Made by a program: the position numbers and the translations under genes
Notes under the pieces: model-generated
Databases searched by the model: none
What the model was told of the DNA's origin: nothing
Seen by the model: the letters and a program-made list of their open reading frames with translations, nothing else
NCBI GenBank assembly: GCA_977018835.1
Contig: OZ361259.1
Coordinates: 620,001 to 684,000, forward strand
DNA: 64,000 nucleotides
From: Minutocellus sp. GHC0000111
Taxonomy: Eukaryota
Direction: 5' to 3'
In this document: piece by piece, positions 49,321 to 61,000 of the stretch
How the letters are laid out: every line of letters starts with the position of its first letter
Position numbering within the stretch: position 1 is the stretch's first letter

Positions 49321-49785
49321 TAAGTCCACGACTGACGACAGCTGGTAGAGCCTCTAAGGTAAACCCCCTTTCGTTTACCCGATTGCAACTCCTCTAACCT
49401 TTTGAAACAGGTTGAACTGTTACAAGTAGACGATTCCGCTTCAATACCATTTGGTTTGAAGAAAATCCGTCTAGGGGTTCCTGAGATATCGTCTTTAGGC
49501 GTTTCCAGGACTCGAGGTTTGGGGTTTAGCGGAGAGGCTACCCCTCCGTTAGTCTCCACCACCATTACCATACAGTAACAACCGCGCAAGGCAGCTCTCG
49601 GTAGTGGACGAGAGTTAGCTGGGGCGCCATAGCAGCATTTCTACTCGCGGAGAGGGACTTTGTAGCGTTCTATACGTTGCAAGTTACCTACCTTGGTGTT
49701 AGACGCCGTGAACGAAAAGGTCCTCACCTATACACCACTTCTTCGGTCGAAGTCCTCCTAGAGGACTGTAAACCTCCTACTCTCA

Positions 49786-50230
49786 ATGTCTGGCTCTAGC
49801 TGGAGTCGGAGGGACCACAAGAGAGCCTCGAAATATTCATCCCTTTCCATCGTTACTCAGAACGTGTCGAATGTTACCGCAGGTAGAGAGACAAGTACTG
49901 GGAAACCGAAGGAAAATCAACCATTATCATACACAAAGCGGCGTGAAGCTGCTTTGCGTGCCTGCCAGCACAATAACGATGTTACGTGCTGGCAGGCAAC
50001 TTTGCAAGAGAGTGACGAGGAGGAATCATACCATAACATGGTGATACATTTCCACGCATGCGAACCGGACGACGGGAAACATGGTGGAGTAGCGCTAATG
50101 TTGTCCAAGAAAGCAAACGCTGCTTGGATTCGTGGTGGGAGGAAGGAGATTAGGTCTGGTAAGGTCGGGAAGGCGGCTAGATACCTTGGCATGGAACTCC
50201 ATACCGTCTCTTTGGGTTCGACGACGTTGG
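49786..50230 (+). mobile_element. Non-LTR retrotransposon AP-endonuclease N-terminal fragment
   Basis: LSIVTQNV, VTCWQAT (compare QET) and GGVALMLSKKANAAW. Confidence 0.55.
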
Positions 50231-50799
50231 GTCCGTGGATTTACAGACCTGGATGGTGGAAGCCCGAGATGTTGATCGATGGGAGCAAGGGTGGAGGACA
50301 AGTTGGGCCTCCAACCAGGTTCTTTCAAGTCACTTTATCACGCGCAAAACAATTTTGGTTGATTATTTTTATTATCGGTTTCATCGGAGGTTAGACGTTC
50401 GGGTTCTTGCATTACCCTACCGCGACAACTTTACACCTCTGAGAAACTTTGGACGGGAAACTCAGGCCAACTGGAGAAACGAAACCTCAGAATGAATTCA
50501 CTTCATTTTGTTGGCCCGCTACCAATTCACTTTGGTAAATCAGTTTGTTAGCAAGCTGTAGGGCGGTATCTAGACATAGACCCTTTTGTAACAATAGTAT
50601 AGGCGAGGAATTGCTGCTGCATAAGTTTAGTATGCATTACAAATCAGCAAAGAATGTCACTAGTATGTGTTTATTTTTCTTCTTCTCTTGCAATGATATC
50701 AAGCGCACATGTACTATTTGATCAATCTGCGGCTACATAGCTTCCTTTGCTCGCCTTTCTGTCTTGCTTTCATCATTATTATTATATATAGATGTGTGC

Positions 50800-52590
50800 A
50801 TCGAATCCTTTGCTTCGCCTCTAAACACTGTTGCTGTACTCTTGCAGGTACGGCGTCCACCACGCATCAGCAAGGCGGAATGTGCATTTCTTGTCGGTCG
50901 GGACCATGGTCCCTCCATCGCCCTGCTCTCCACCTTCCTCCCACTTGGGATCGGGGAAGGATAGCATGCTGCACTGAAGCGCCATGCGCCTCCAGGAGTG
51001 GCCATGGGCACCAGTTTCGCAGATGCCGCCACCGCAGAGGAGTCGCCGACGATGGGACAACCGAGCTGGGCCAGCTGTCCTCGGAGCTGGTGTGGCAGAT
51101 CCGACAAGTCCTCCACCTCCAACTCCATCACATGCTGAGCTCCTAAGCGGTCGGCAGGGTTGACGCCAGGTTCAGGCTTCCACAGCCGATGCGCCAACGT
51201 GACATCGGGATCGTTGGCATCTGCACACTGTGAGGTCACACTGGCCGCACGCAGTGCGCGTTCGTCGGTTCCACACCCAACAGAGATTATGCGCATCTTT
51301 GACTCAGTCCAATCATGGTCGGCACTCTTTGGCTGGCTGCGCACGAACTTCTTCTTCGGGTTGGGCGATTTCGGGTCAAAGCAATGCGTCAAGACTTTAC
51401 GGCTCTCAGCCAAATGCTGAATGTGATCCATGTCAGCCGGGTCCTTGACGCAAACGAGACAGCGGCAACGATTGGTTTCCTCTCCTGCTGCTAGCTTCTC
51501 CTCTGCCGGGGCTTCATCCTCGTCAGCACCGGTAGCCTCATCGACATTTTGATGTTTGGCACAGTAATTGGCAAACACCTTTCGAGTAGAAACGATGATG
51601 AGGCCCTCGACCTCTGCATCAACGTGCTGGGGGAGGGTGACATGAATTTTGCGATGGACATCGGACCAAAGGAGTTTGAGAGCCTCGTGAAACAGAACGC
51701 ACACGTTCTCGGTGTTGTTGGAACGGCAGCCATGACCGGGAAGTCCACCCGGCTTGTTCAAGATGGCGTAGCCCATCTTTTCGTCCTACGCGTTTGGGCA
51801 TGGGCCAAAGAATGGACATGCATGGAATAAATGAGCAAAATACTACCATAATAAAGACCAAACTTATGTTGCTACAAATGTTCAAATCGACTCACCTCGT
51901 ACACCACAGCACCATCGGTGCCATCGGGCAAAGCCTTCATGGGAACGTGAGGCTTCTCGTCGCCGATCATGACCTCAACGTTGCCCCCGACGAGCAAACC
52001 TCGGCAGCACTTGGCCCAGTCCACCTCATGGGCCATGTGACACCGATCAGGCACGTAGTGCACGCGAAGTGTCATGTCCGACCAATCGGGGATCGTTTCG
52101 GCATCGCATGTGTGAAGACGGGAGGCATGGGTGTCAAGGCCCTTGGTGTAGGCCGTCTCGTTGATGAGCCAAACGGATCCGAGCCGAAGCAGCTCGGCCG
52201 CGTTGGGATGCGAATGGGGACGAAGACGCTTCTTCTTCTCGAGTACGTCATGAATCAGATGGTCAAATTCTTTCGATGTGGAATGAGTGAACATGAATGA
52301 TACACCAATTGGTGAATTGGAGATTGGCATTTAAGTAAAAAGAATGAAATGAAATGACATTAAAAAAGAACAACACCGAACGAGAGGGCGAAAGGAGCCA
52401 GTGATCTTACATGCCTTCGTCGACCATCGTCTGAATGGCACTCATGACGGTCACCTGAGGATTGGCCGCTGCTGCCTCGCTGTTGTCACCATCGTTCCGG
52501 ACAACTCGGGCATAGACAATGTGCTTTTTGCTCTCAAGCCCAATCATTTGCACAACTGCCCCATCCCCCACAGGTCTCTCCAATATTGGT
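50800..52590 (-). pseudogene. RluA-like pseudouridine-synthase-fold gene, intron-containing, hypermutated
   Basis: AAELLRLGSVW, LRVHYVPDR, GAVVYE|DEKMGYAILNKPGGLPGH (intron GTGAGT...CGTAG at ~51896-51786), HQLRGQLAQLGCPIVGD. Many Cys/His at expected Tyr positions. Confidence 0.7.
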
Positions 52591-52635
52591 TGGATTGAAT
52601 GGATAATGATGCTTGGATTGAATGGATAATGATGC
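52590..52635. repeat. 23-bp tandem duplication
   Basis: TTGGATTGAATGGATAATGATGC occurs twice in tandem. Confidence 0.9.
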
Positions 52636-54229
52636 TTGGCATCGGCGTGTGTTCTTCGCTTCCGTCCAAGGGCTTCTTTTTCGCCGGGTCAGTTAGGCCG
52701 GGTGTCACGTGTCAATAGGTCGCGACTCGTTCGACTCGATTCGATTCCATCACTGCATTTGCTTGCCGATCAATTCATCGTGTTACCAATTGCAGCCACT
52801 GCAGCCATGATGCAGATGATGCGGTAACTGAACGCCAAGCATGGCTGCGTCTCATTTATTGAGATGCCGTAGGCGTAGATGAAGGCATCCCGCCGCACGT
52901 CCGCCTTGAACGCCGCTGCTTTGGTGGCATTCGTGGCATGTGGCATTTGCTCTGTGCCTAGCTACGTAGCTAGAGGCATCTCTGCTGCGAGGAGATTCCT
53001 ACTACAAGTACTATTCGCAGCAGCTGGCTGGCGTGCTGGCATTATTGATTACAGCGGCGGTGCCGAGACCAGCAAGAGGATCGTACAAATTGTAAATCGC
53101 ACTGCCTATTCAGTCACGAGCAGCGATTTGTGGCGATGAAATCAGCGGTACGGCAATGCCGAACGCAGCACCTATAATCGTTCTAATGTCATAAAAAGAT
53201 GAAAACAGAACCAGCATTGAAGAAGACGACGACGATCAACCCAAGCAAGTCGGTGGCCTATGTCATCAGCCCGGACCATCTCGAGGGTGGGTGGAAGCAG
53301 GCGGTCGTGCCGGCCGTCAACGGTGGCTTTTGTGGTGGTCCGTCCGTCCAAGGTTGCGTTCGAGGGAACATTGGACGTCTACAGACGCAGTGCTCCCACA
53401 TGCAATACAAATAGATCTACGTGCACACTCGTCGAATGAGCTGGGGGAATTGCTTCACATTCGTCGAATGAGAGCATGCGCTTCGTGCGCACTTCCAGCC
53501 AGCCAGCCAGCCCACCCTTTAGTCTTTATCTTTACCATCGCATGGACATTTTATGATCCGTCTCGTCCCCGTCGTCTTTCAACTTTCAAGACGCCCTGAA
53601 AGTCTTTGCTCGCATGGCGATACAGTGTATAACTCGCCCATCTTTGAGACCGTGGTAAAGGGTGGAGCCTGTTCTGTTACTCTTCACCTATATTGCCGTG
53701 CGCTTGTCGGTGCCATTGTCCGTGATCTTTCCCTACATAAGAGATCACGACTGCATTTCGTTCGAGGCACGAGAAGAGGCAGCTAGGGTTGCGGAGGATG
53801 CAATGAATCATTTCGAGACTGACAGGTGCTCTGATAGTGACGGATTCTTGACACGCCATTCGAGTCGAGAATATGGTTACCACGAGCAATTTAGCTGCTT
53901 TAGAAGTGGACCTGAACGGTGCTATGAGTAATTTGCGGCTGCCTTTCCTTCCTTCACTCTCCTCTCTTTTCATCGCCAGATTATGTCGATTTGATAAACT
54001 CGCTACATGCATGACAATTTTCTAAACAACACGTTTATCAAATCGACATAAATCAGTCTCTACACGCATAAATCTAAATTTTACAATCCACCTATTGCAA
54101 ATACCGGTAGATCTATGCGCACAGACAAATATCAACATAGCATGCTTTTCGAGCCACTCTTCTCTTGGTCTTCAACATACACATGTAGACATATCATCCT
54201 ACGCTGTTTGCCCGGCCGCCGTCCCAGCG

Positions 54230-55151
54230 CTAGCCAGCCATCACCTCCTGAAATTGCTTCCAGGCAAGTACGGGACGTAGCTCTTCGTCTAATTCGACGG
54301 CACGTTCGACAATCTCCAGGCTTTTGCGGCCATGGCCCCGCTTCATCTCAAAGAGTGCATATGCCTGCAGAACCTTGGCGGAGCAGGCGCATTCCTTGTC
54401 TTCGGGATAATCCGTCAGCACGGTGCGAAAGAAGTTGAGGAACACCGACCGAGCGCCCTTGACGTCGTTCATGCGCTGCTTGAGTAGAGCTAGCAGAAGC
54501 GTCGACACGGCTAGCCGGGCATGGTCGCACCCGTCCTCGTCGTTCTGGATCTCGTCGATGATGCGCCGGTACAGTGCCTCGGCCTGATCGAGCTTGCCGC
54601 TTTTGATGAGGTTCCGAGCAAAGCAGTGCCGCTCGGCCTGGCGGATTTGGGTCTGAAGTTCGTCGGGGCTGGAACGGGGGAAGGACGGAGGCAGCTGACC
54701 GCGCGATCGGCGCTTCTGCTCTCTAGCGACGGTGGTGTAGTATTTGAGGGAACGATTGATCCATTTTTTGCTTCGTTTGTTGAGTATGCTACTACGTAGC
54801 ATGGGATTGGCGCATTGCTCCTTGTTGTAGTTGTTGTTGAGCATGAGGGCGAGAACTTCCATCGATGTTTGGCTGCTGATCAGAGATTCCATCACCATCG
54901 ATTGGCGTTTGATTGAACAGAATGATATTGGATTCGGCAATAGCATAATCGTGGTTCGTGGTTGGCATTCGCAGCATTGGTTGGGACGACGGCGATGATT
55001 GGCGTAGGATTCTTAAGCACGCAAAAGTAGGCCGAGATGAAGTGAAGGCATCGACGACGATTGTACCGGTAGTGACGCTCGGGGAGAAGATCGAGATGGA
55101 CGTCGATACAAGGGCGATGGCAAATAGAGATATGGCTGGACGATTGATCAT
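54230..55151 (-). CDS. Plastid-targeted HAT/TPR helical-repeat protein; one frame break between ~54950 and 54800
   Basis: Signal peptide ending VDAF in ORF 54792..55151. Helical repeats DQAEALYRRII, KGARSVFLNF and KVLQAYALFEMKRG...ERAVELD in ORF 54230..54946. Confidence 0.65.
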
Positions 55152-55682
55152 CGTGGTTGGAGATTGGTATTTGGCTTGGGCTATTGCTGATTATGGGCAA
55201 TGGCGCATTTCATTGGCATAAATGAACAAAAGCAGCAGAAGAATTTGGCCCGTGTCGCCGCGTCTGCCATGCACGCGCAAGTCGAGCGAGTCATAAAAAA
55301 GAAACCCGGAAAGCCACAGCCCGGCAGCAGCCAGCAAGCAAAGCACGAAAATTTGCCACTCCATTTTCATCACTAACCATGGCCGATTTGAGGGGCAAGA
55401 TGGTCTCCAATGACCACACAAACATAGCATATTTCAGACGATTTATGCACGGAAACTTCCTGCTAAAAATTTTGGTCACAGAGTGCCCTCAGTCTGATTT
55501 AGAGCAAGACACCCACAGCTCAACTTCTGCGACAAACAGAAAATTGGGATCGCTGCCTGCACCCTCACCTTTTTGGATGTTTCGTCACAGCTTGATGGTT
55601 ATTCGTTATGGACTCTTTCACATGCCAAAATTTGAGGAAATTTGATTTTTTTTGTTTTTGTTGGATTTGAACCATGGTTTGA

Positions 55683-57730
55683 GATGCGTTCCAAACAGGT
55701 CCCGGAGAGGCCTCCAGAAATCGGGCCTGGCTGGAAAACGAGGTTTCTGACTCGATTTGAGAAAAGGCCTGTCCGGCATCTGTCCAAACGACACTGTCTC
55801 GAAACAGGCCTTGGGCGATGAGCGAGAACGAGGCAAGCCGGAACCCTGCGTGATGTGTGGTTTTTGGCCAGTTCAAAAAGGACGACGCGGTGCCGCTGAC
55901 AAGCAGGGATGGCTCCGTGAGCGGCCAACCATGTGAGCTAAAACGATGTGTGCCCCAAGCCTTTACAAGTTGATGAAGCAGCGCCGCAAACGGCGCTCTC
56001 GTCGGCAGGAGCGCGAGGAAGAGGAGCTTGCCGCCGCGGCCTTCCTGCATCTTGCGCTCTCCGACGAGGAATGGCGGGTCCAAGAAGGGCAAGAAGAATG
56101 TCATCCGCCGACGGAAGGAGGTCGAAAGCATGTTTGCTTAGCTCGGCAATGAGGCTCGTCGGTCGCATCGCATGTCGATCGAGTCCTTCCTGCATCTCCA
56201 CGACATTCTCGAGGAGGACCTGAAAGCTTACTTTTCCACCACCTCTGCGTCCGCCGACGGTGACGACGACGAGCAGGCCGGTGCTCCAAACGGTCGCATC
56301 TCAACTGAGCTTCGTCTATCCGCGGCCATCCGCTTCTTTGCTGGTGGTGGCGCCAGTGATAGGAACGCTGTCGCCCTGGACGAGCTCGACTGTCCAGCTC
56401 CTCTTTTGGGCGGCGGGCATCACTGGAAAGACGTGGAGGGCGGCCGGAAGCCGGAGAGGGACGGTGGGGACACACCGATGCGAGCGATGCTTCGGCAGGT
56501 GAAGGAGAAGTGCCTGCTTCGTCCGCCAGTGAGGGAGAGAGGTGGGAGATGGAAAGCAGCACAAAGCAGAAATAGATCGTCGGGATAAAACGAGATGCAG
56601 CGTTACATGCAAGTCAGGATCCCAATCTTATTTTGTCTCTGATGTGTGTTGCAGGGGGGGGGGATGTTCTGCGCTCTATTGAAAAGAAGACCCGCCGTAG
56701 CTCTGCTGTGAAGCTGGACGAGTGTTTCTATGAACTAAGAACAGTCGTCCGACCCCTCTTCACATCTTGTAGCAGCCAGATTCGGCATCATAATCGGCAT
56801 TGGGATCATGTTCACTCTTCCCATGTTCACACTCGGCATTGTTTTCGGTTGCATGGTTCACGTCATGGCTCAACAATGCTTCTTTCTTTGCAGCCTTGAC
56901 AGGACTGATTCCTTTGTCATCGTCGTCGGACAGTTCAAACTCGTCGTTGTCGCCGTCGTCATCTGCGCCCTCACCAGAACCGGTGATCGTCCATCCCGTC
57001 GCAACACTTTAGGACGGTGGAAAGCGGAGCAACAGAGAGCGTGTGAGTGGTGCACTGGGAGTTGCTGCTGCTGGCACTGCCAGCAGCGGCAGCGGCTCCT
57101 TGACGAGAGGCGGGGCCGGACGTGCCGGAAGGCGCGGGAGCGGGAGCAGCGGAGCAGCAGTTGGAGGACGGACCACGGCCGTCGTCGCGTCGTCGCGGCA
57201 GCCGTAGGGGCGGAGTTCGAGGCAGCGACGCCCACGCCGCTAAGCCCAACATTCGCCGGAAGGGGTGACATCGCGAGAGTGCCGTTGCCTTCGTGAGGAG
57301 ACCTGCCCGTCCTCTGCCTCTTCTATGCGTTGGTTGGAGTTGTCAGCAGTAGAATCGGCGGGTGCAGATGCATCGGCGCCGGCCGAGGCAGCACCAGCGA
57401 CGCCCGGGACTGCCGAAGGAGCACGGCCATTGTTCGGGGCGGTCGACGGCGGGTCCATCTTGGCGGTAGGTTCCATGTCGATGCAGTAAACCCAGTCCAA
57501 ACACACGAACCGCTACAGGTGGGAAAAGGAGACATGGCAGAATTCGGCTGCCGCTCTCCGGGTTGCCTCGCTCCCCAGCTGGCTTCCGAAATCGATTTCG
57601 CGTTTCGGAAGCTTTGCGGAGAGCGAGGCAACCCGGAAGCTTTTAAAACTGGAAAACGAGGCAACCCGGAACTCGTTTTCCAGCCAGGCCCGATTTCCGG
57701 AGGCCTTCCGGGACCTGTTTGGAACGGCTC
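55683..57730. mobile_element. Internally deleted PIF/Harbinger DNA transposon with ~60-bp TIRs and 3-bp TSD (TGA)
   Basis: Left end TGA|GATGCGTTCCAAACAGGTCCCGG...GGCTGGAAAACGAG; right end ...GGGACCTGTTTGGAACGGCTC|TGA. The + strand relic RRSHRMSIESF...PNGRISTELRLSAAIRFFAGG is joined directly to the C-terminal LLGGGHHW...LLRP. A convergent second ORF relic and subterminal CGAGGCAACCCGGAA repeats are present. Confidence 0.85.
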
Positions 57731-58038
57731 TGAGCAAAGCAGCAAGGCGGAGCCGTTGCTCTGGCACGTACTGTGCAAGCAAACCTTGGTCGCGATTCAC
57801 TTTCGCACGACTTGCTACGTGCTCTACGAGTCCGTCGTACGTACCTGAGAGCATCTGGCGCGGCGGTCAGTGAGGCCTGCCTGCCGATGCCTGATGAGAA
57901 CAAGGATGAACAGTCACGGAACTTTGCTGCTCCAACGAGCAACAATGGCGGGTCTGCTTGGCTTTCTTGTGTACAACCAAGCAAGCAAAGAGTGTAAGTC
58001 TAGTGACAGTAGTAGCCAGCTAGAAAGTCGTCCAACTC

Positions 58039-61000
58039 ATGATGGCGGCGCAGGTATCTCTGGCGTCGTCGGCCATCTGCTCGCCGGACACTTCCCTCCA
58101 CGACATACCCCTTGACACGATAGAGCTTCAGAACGATGAGACTATTTTGACAGGTCAGACACCATCATCATCTCCAGCTGGAGCCGCGCCACGCAAAGAT
58201 ATTGATGTGGACGGCGGGCGGATTCATTTTGCCGGTCTGCGTCCCTTGCCGGCTTTGCTACGAGAGTGGACTCATGGACCTGCTTCGGGCGAGAAAGATG
58301 GAGACAACAACGACGACGACAACAATCGGCAGAAGCAGTCATCATCATCACCCTCATCACCGTCAAGAGACCGAGCCCAGCGAACCTCGTCCGGTACGCC
58401 CATTGCCGTTGCAGTGCAGAATGACCGCGATCAGGACAACATCGATGACCTGGACGGCACAATTCCGCCGCCGCCTCCGCCGCCGCGCAATCACAATACA
58501 TGTAATAACAGCAATCCGCAGGCTTCGCCCCTCTGGTCCATGCTGCAGTCCTCCGTGACGGCAGCGACCACGACGGCCACGTCCGGGGCGGCCGCCTCGA
58601 GCAACGCCGCCGCGGTCCTGCCGGCAGCTGCTCTGGATTCTCCTCCCGTCAAGGTGAGATATGTACATGCCGGAAGTTTTCTTTATGCTTGCAGTGATTG
58701 TTGTGGCTGTATCTTGAATATTTTTTTATTTTTGGTATATTTGAGCAAAGAAATGAATACCGATATCTCGAGCATGGTATTGTTGTTTTTACTCCGAGGT
58801 TACAAGCTCACCCAATCTCCTTCTAACTTATATATGTATCATACCTTATTCGCATGCATGTACTTTCTTCCAAACAACCACATGTGCATTCCTTGCCCCC
58901 AAACAACCACCAATGCAAAATATCACAACGCTGATGCCAATCTATGCAGGCCGGACTGGCTCACCTCGATCGTGCCATCGATCAGCATGGTCCCGTCGTG
59001 GCCAAGATATTGACCAATTCCATGTGCCACCTCCGTTCCAGTATTGACCAGATATATGCCATCGCCGCTCCCATTCCAGATGTGCAGCAGCAGCAGCAAC
59101 AGGAAGGTGGAGCCAACGATATCGTCAGATCAGGAGGGCGAGGCCAGGGGATTGAGCTAGACATAACTGAGAATGATCTCATGCCCGGTGGTACTAGTAT
59201 CGATATTGACGCTGACCCAGCCAAAGAAGAGGCCCGGGCAGACGAGGAAGATGAGGGCTTCGTTGTTTTGGATAGTGAGCTTCTCTCGTCGTTTGCTCAA
59301 TCAGAATACGACGACCAGGACGATAAATTCGAGGAAGAGCTCATGCGCAAGCATGGGCGGGGGTGCATCCGCCGGCGGGGCGAGTTTGCCATCGGTGACG
59401 ACGACTTGAAAGGCAATCGCCATCTGCGTGGTGGGGCCATCCGGCGAGTACGGGCATGGATGAGACGCCGCAGAGAGCGTTGTGCCGAGGCCAAGCGTGA
59501 GCGGCGGCCCAGCAGCGGCGGCGACGATCACACGGTCGCAACCGATGTTGATACCCATCTCGCCCTTGATTTGGTCAGAGGACCTCCCTCCTGTGCTCCT
59601 TCCACCGTCAAGGGGCAGTATCATCCAATAGCCGATGGGGAATCCTCCGACGGCGGCTGTGCTTCACAAAAGGTCGTCAGGACACGATCGGCCAAGTCCA
59701 GGAAGGATAAGGCAAAGCAGAAGAACAAGAAGTTGCGAGGTTGGGGTCGGTCAAAGGCCGGTACCGACGATTCGGCCGGCTACCAATCATCTTCAAGCAG
59801 CGACGGCACCTGTTCTGCCAAGAAAAGAAAGAGGCGCAGGCACAAGAAGGGCGGCAAGAAGAATGATTCGTCAAAGGTCGGGGCTCCATCGCCTGAGACC
59901 ATTCCGACAGCTCCAGAGGCCCAGATCATCTACCGTGGAGCATCAGTTGGACCCAATGTGAAGCCACCTGCTGCCGCAGAAGCCCGTCTTATTGGGCAAT
60001 ACGACCCTCTCTCTGGCCGATACCTTCGATATGGAGATGCTGGCCATGCATCTCCTTCGTCATCCCTGGCCAATCGTCCTCGACTGCATTCGTCACCCGC
60101 CTTCTTCTTTGCTGATGCAGCTGCCGAAAAGACTGCTCGCGATGACAACCTCTTTGGCTCCAGAAACATGCACAAATCCATCATGCCCGGTGCATTCCAC
60201 AGCATCGAGCTCTTGCCCGATAAATACTCGCAGAATGAAGCTAAGAAGGCCAAGAACAAGATCGATGATACTGACAAGCCTGTCGATGAGCTACTTCGAA
60301 GCATTACTTCAGCCCTGGAGGAAGATGACGATGTTGAGTTTAATAGCAATGTTGAGGAGTCGGTTGAACTTATGAGTAAAGCTCTTGTCAAGTCATCTTC
60401 TCCTTCCATCGAAGAGGATTGGGTCGTTGTGCAGCCACCGGCGTCTCATCAAGAATCTCCTGTCGACAAATCTATCAAGGCCATCTTCTTGTCTTCGCTT
60501 GCCTTATCAGACCAGAAATCGGCCCTAGTAGATAGAATCGCGGGAGTACACTCACACCCTCGCTCTTCCGCCGGAATTGCCATGAGAAATGTTCCCATCA
60601 GTTCTGGCCTCAAATTGAGCATCTACGATGTAAGTGCGGCCGATCACGGCTTGGCAAGCCTCACGTTTACTTCGGAGACGACTTACGTCATCGTTTATGA
60701 TCTCGGTATCACCAATCCAGCTACCAACATTAGAAAGTGCAGCGACGCATGCGACACCGAGAAGGAAATCAAGAAGGCAAACCGTGCTCTTCAGATTGAC
60801 ATCGAGGAGAATCTAGTGTCATTCGCTCCTCTCATTGCTCAATCGAACGTAAAGAATTGCACCATTCTGCCGTTGATAATTCTTCCTGCTGACAGTCTTT
60901 CTAAGGAAGAAGAGCTTCGCCGACTTGCCATAATGCATAATGTAATTGCCTCGAATACGTCCAACGCCGGCATCAGTTTCAGCCAGAGACTCCTTGTCGA

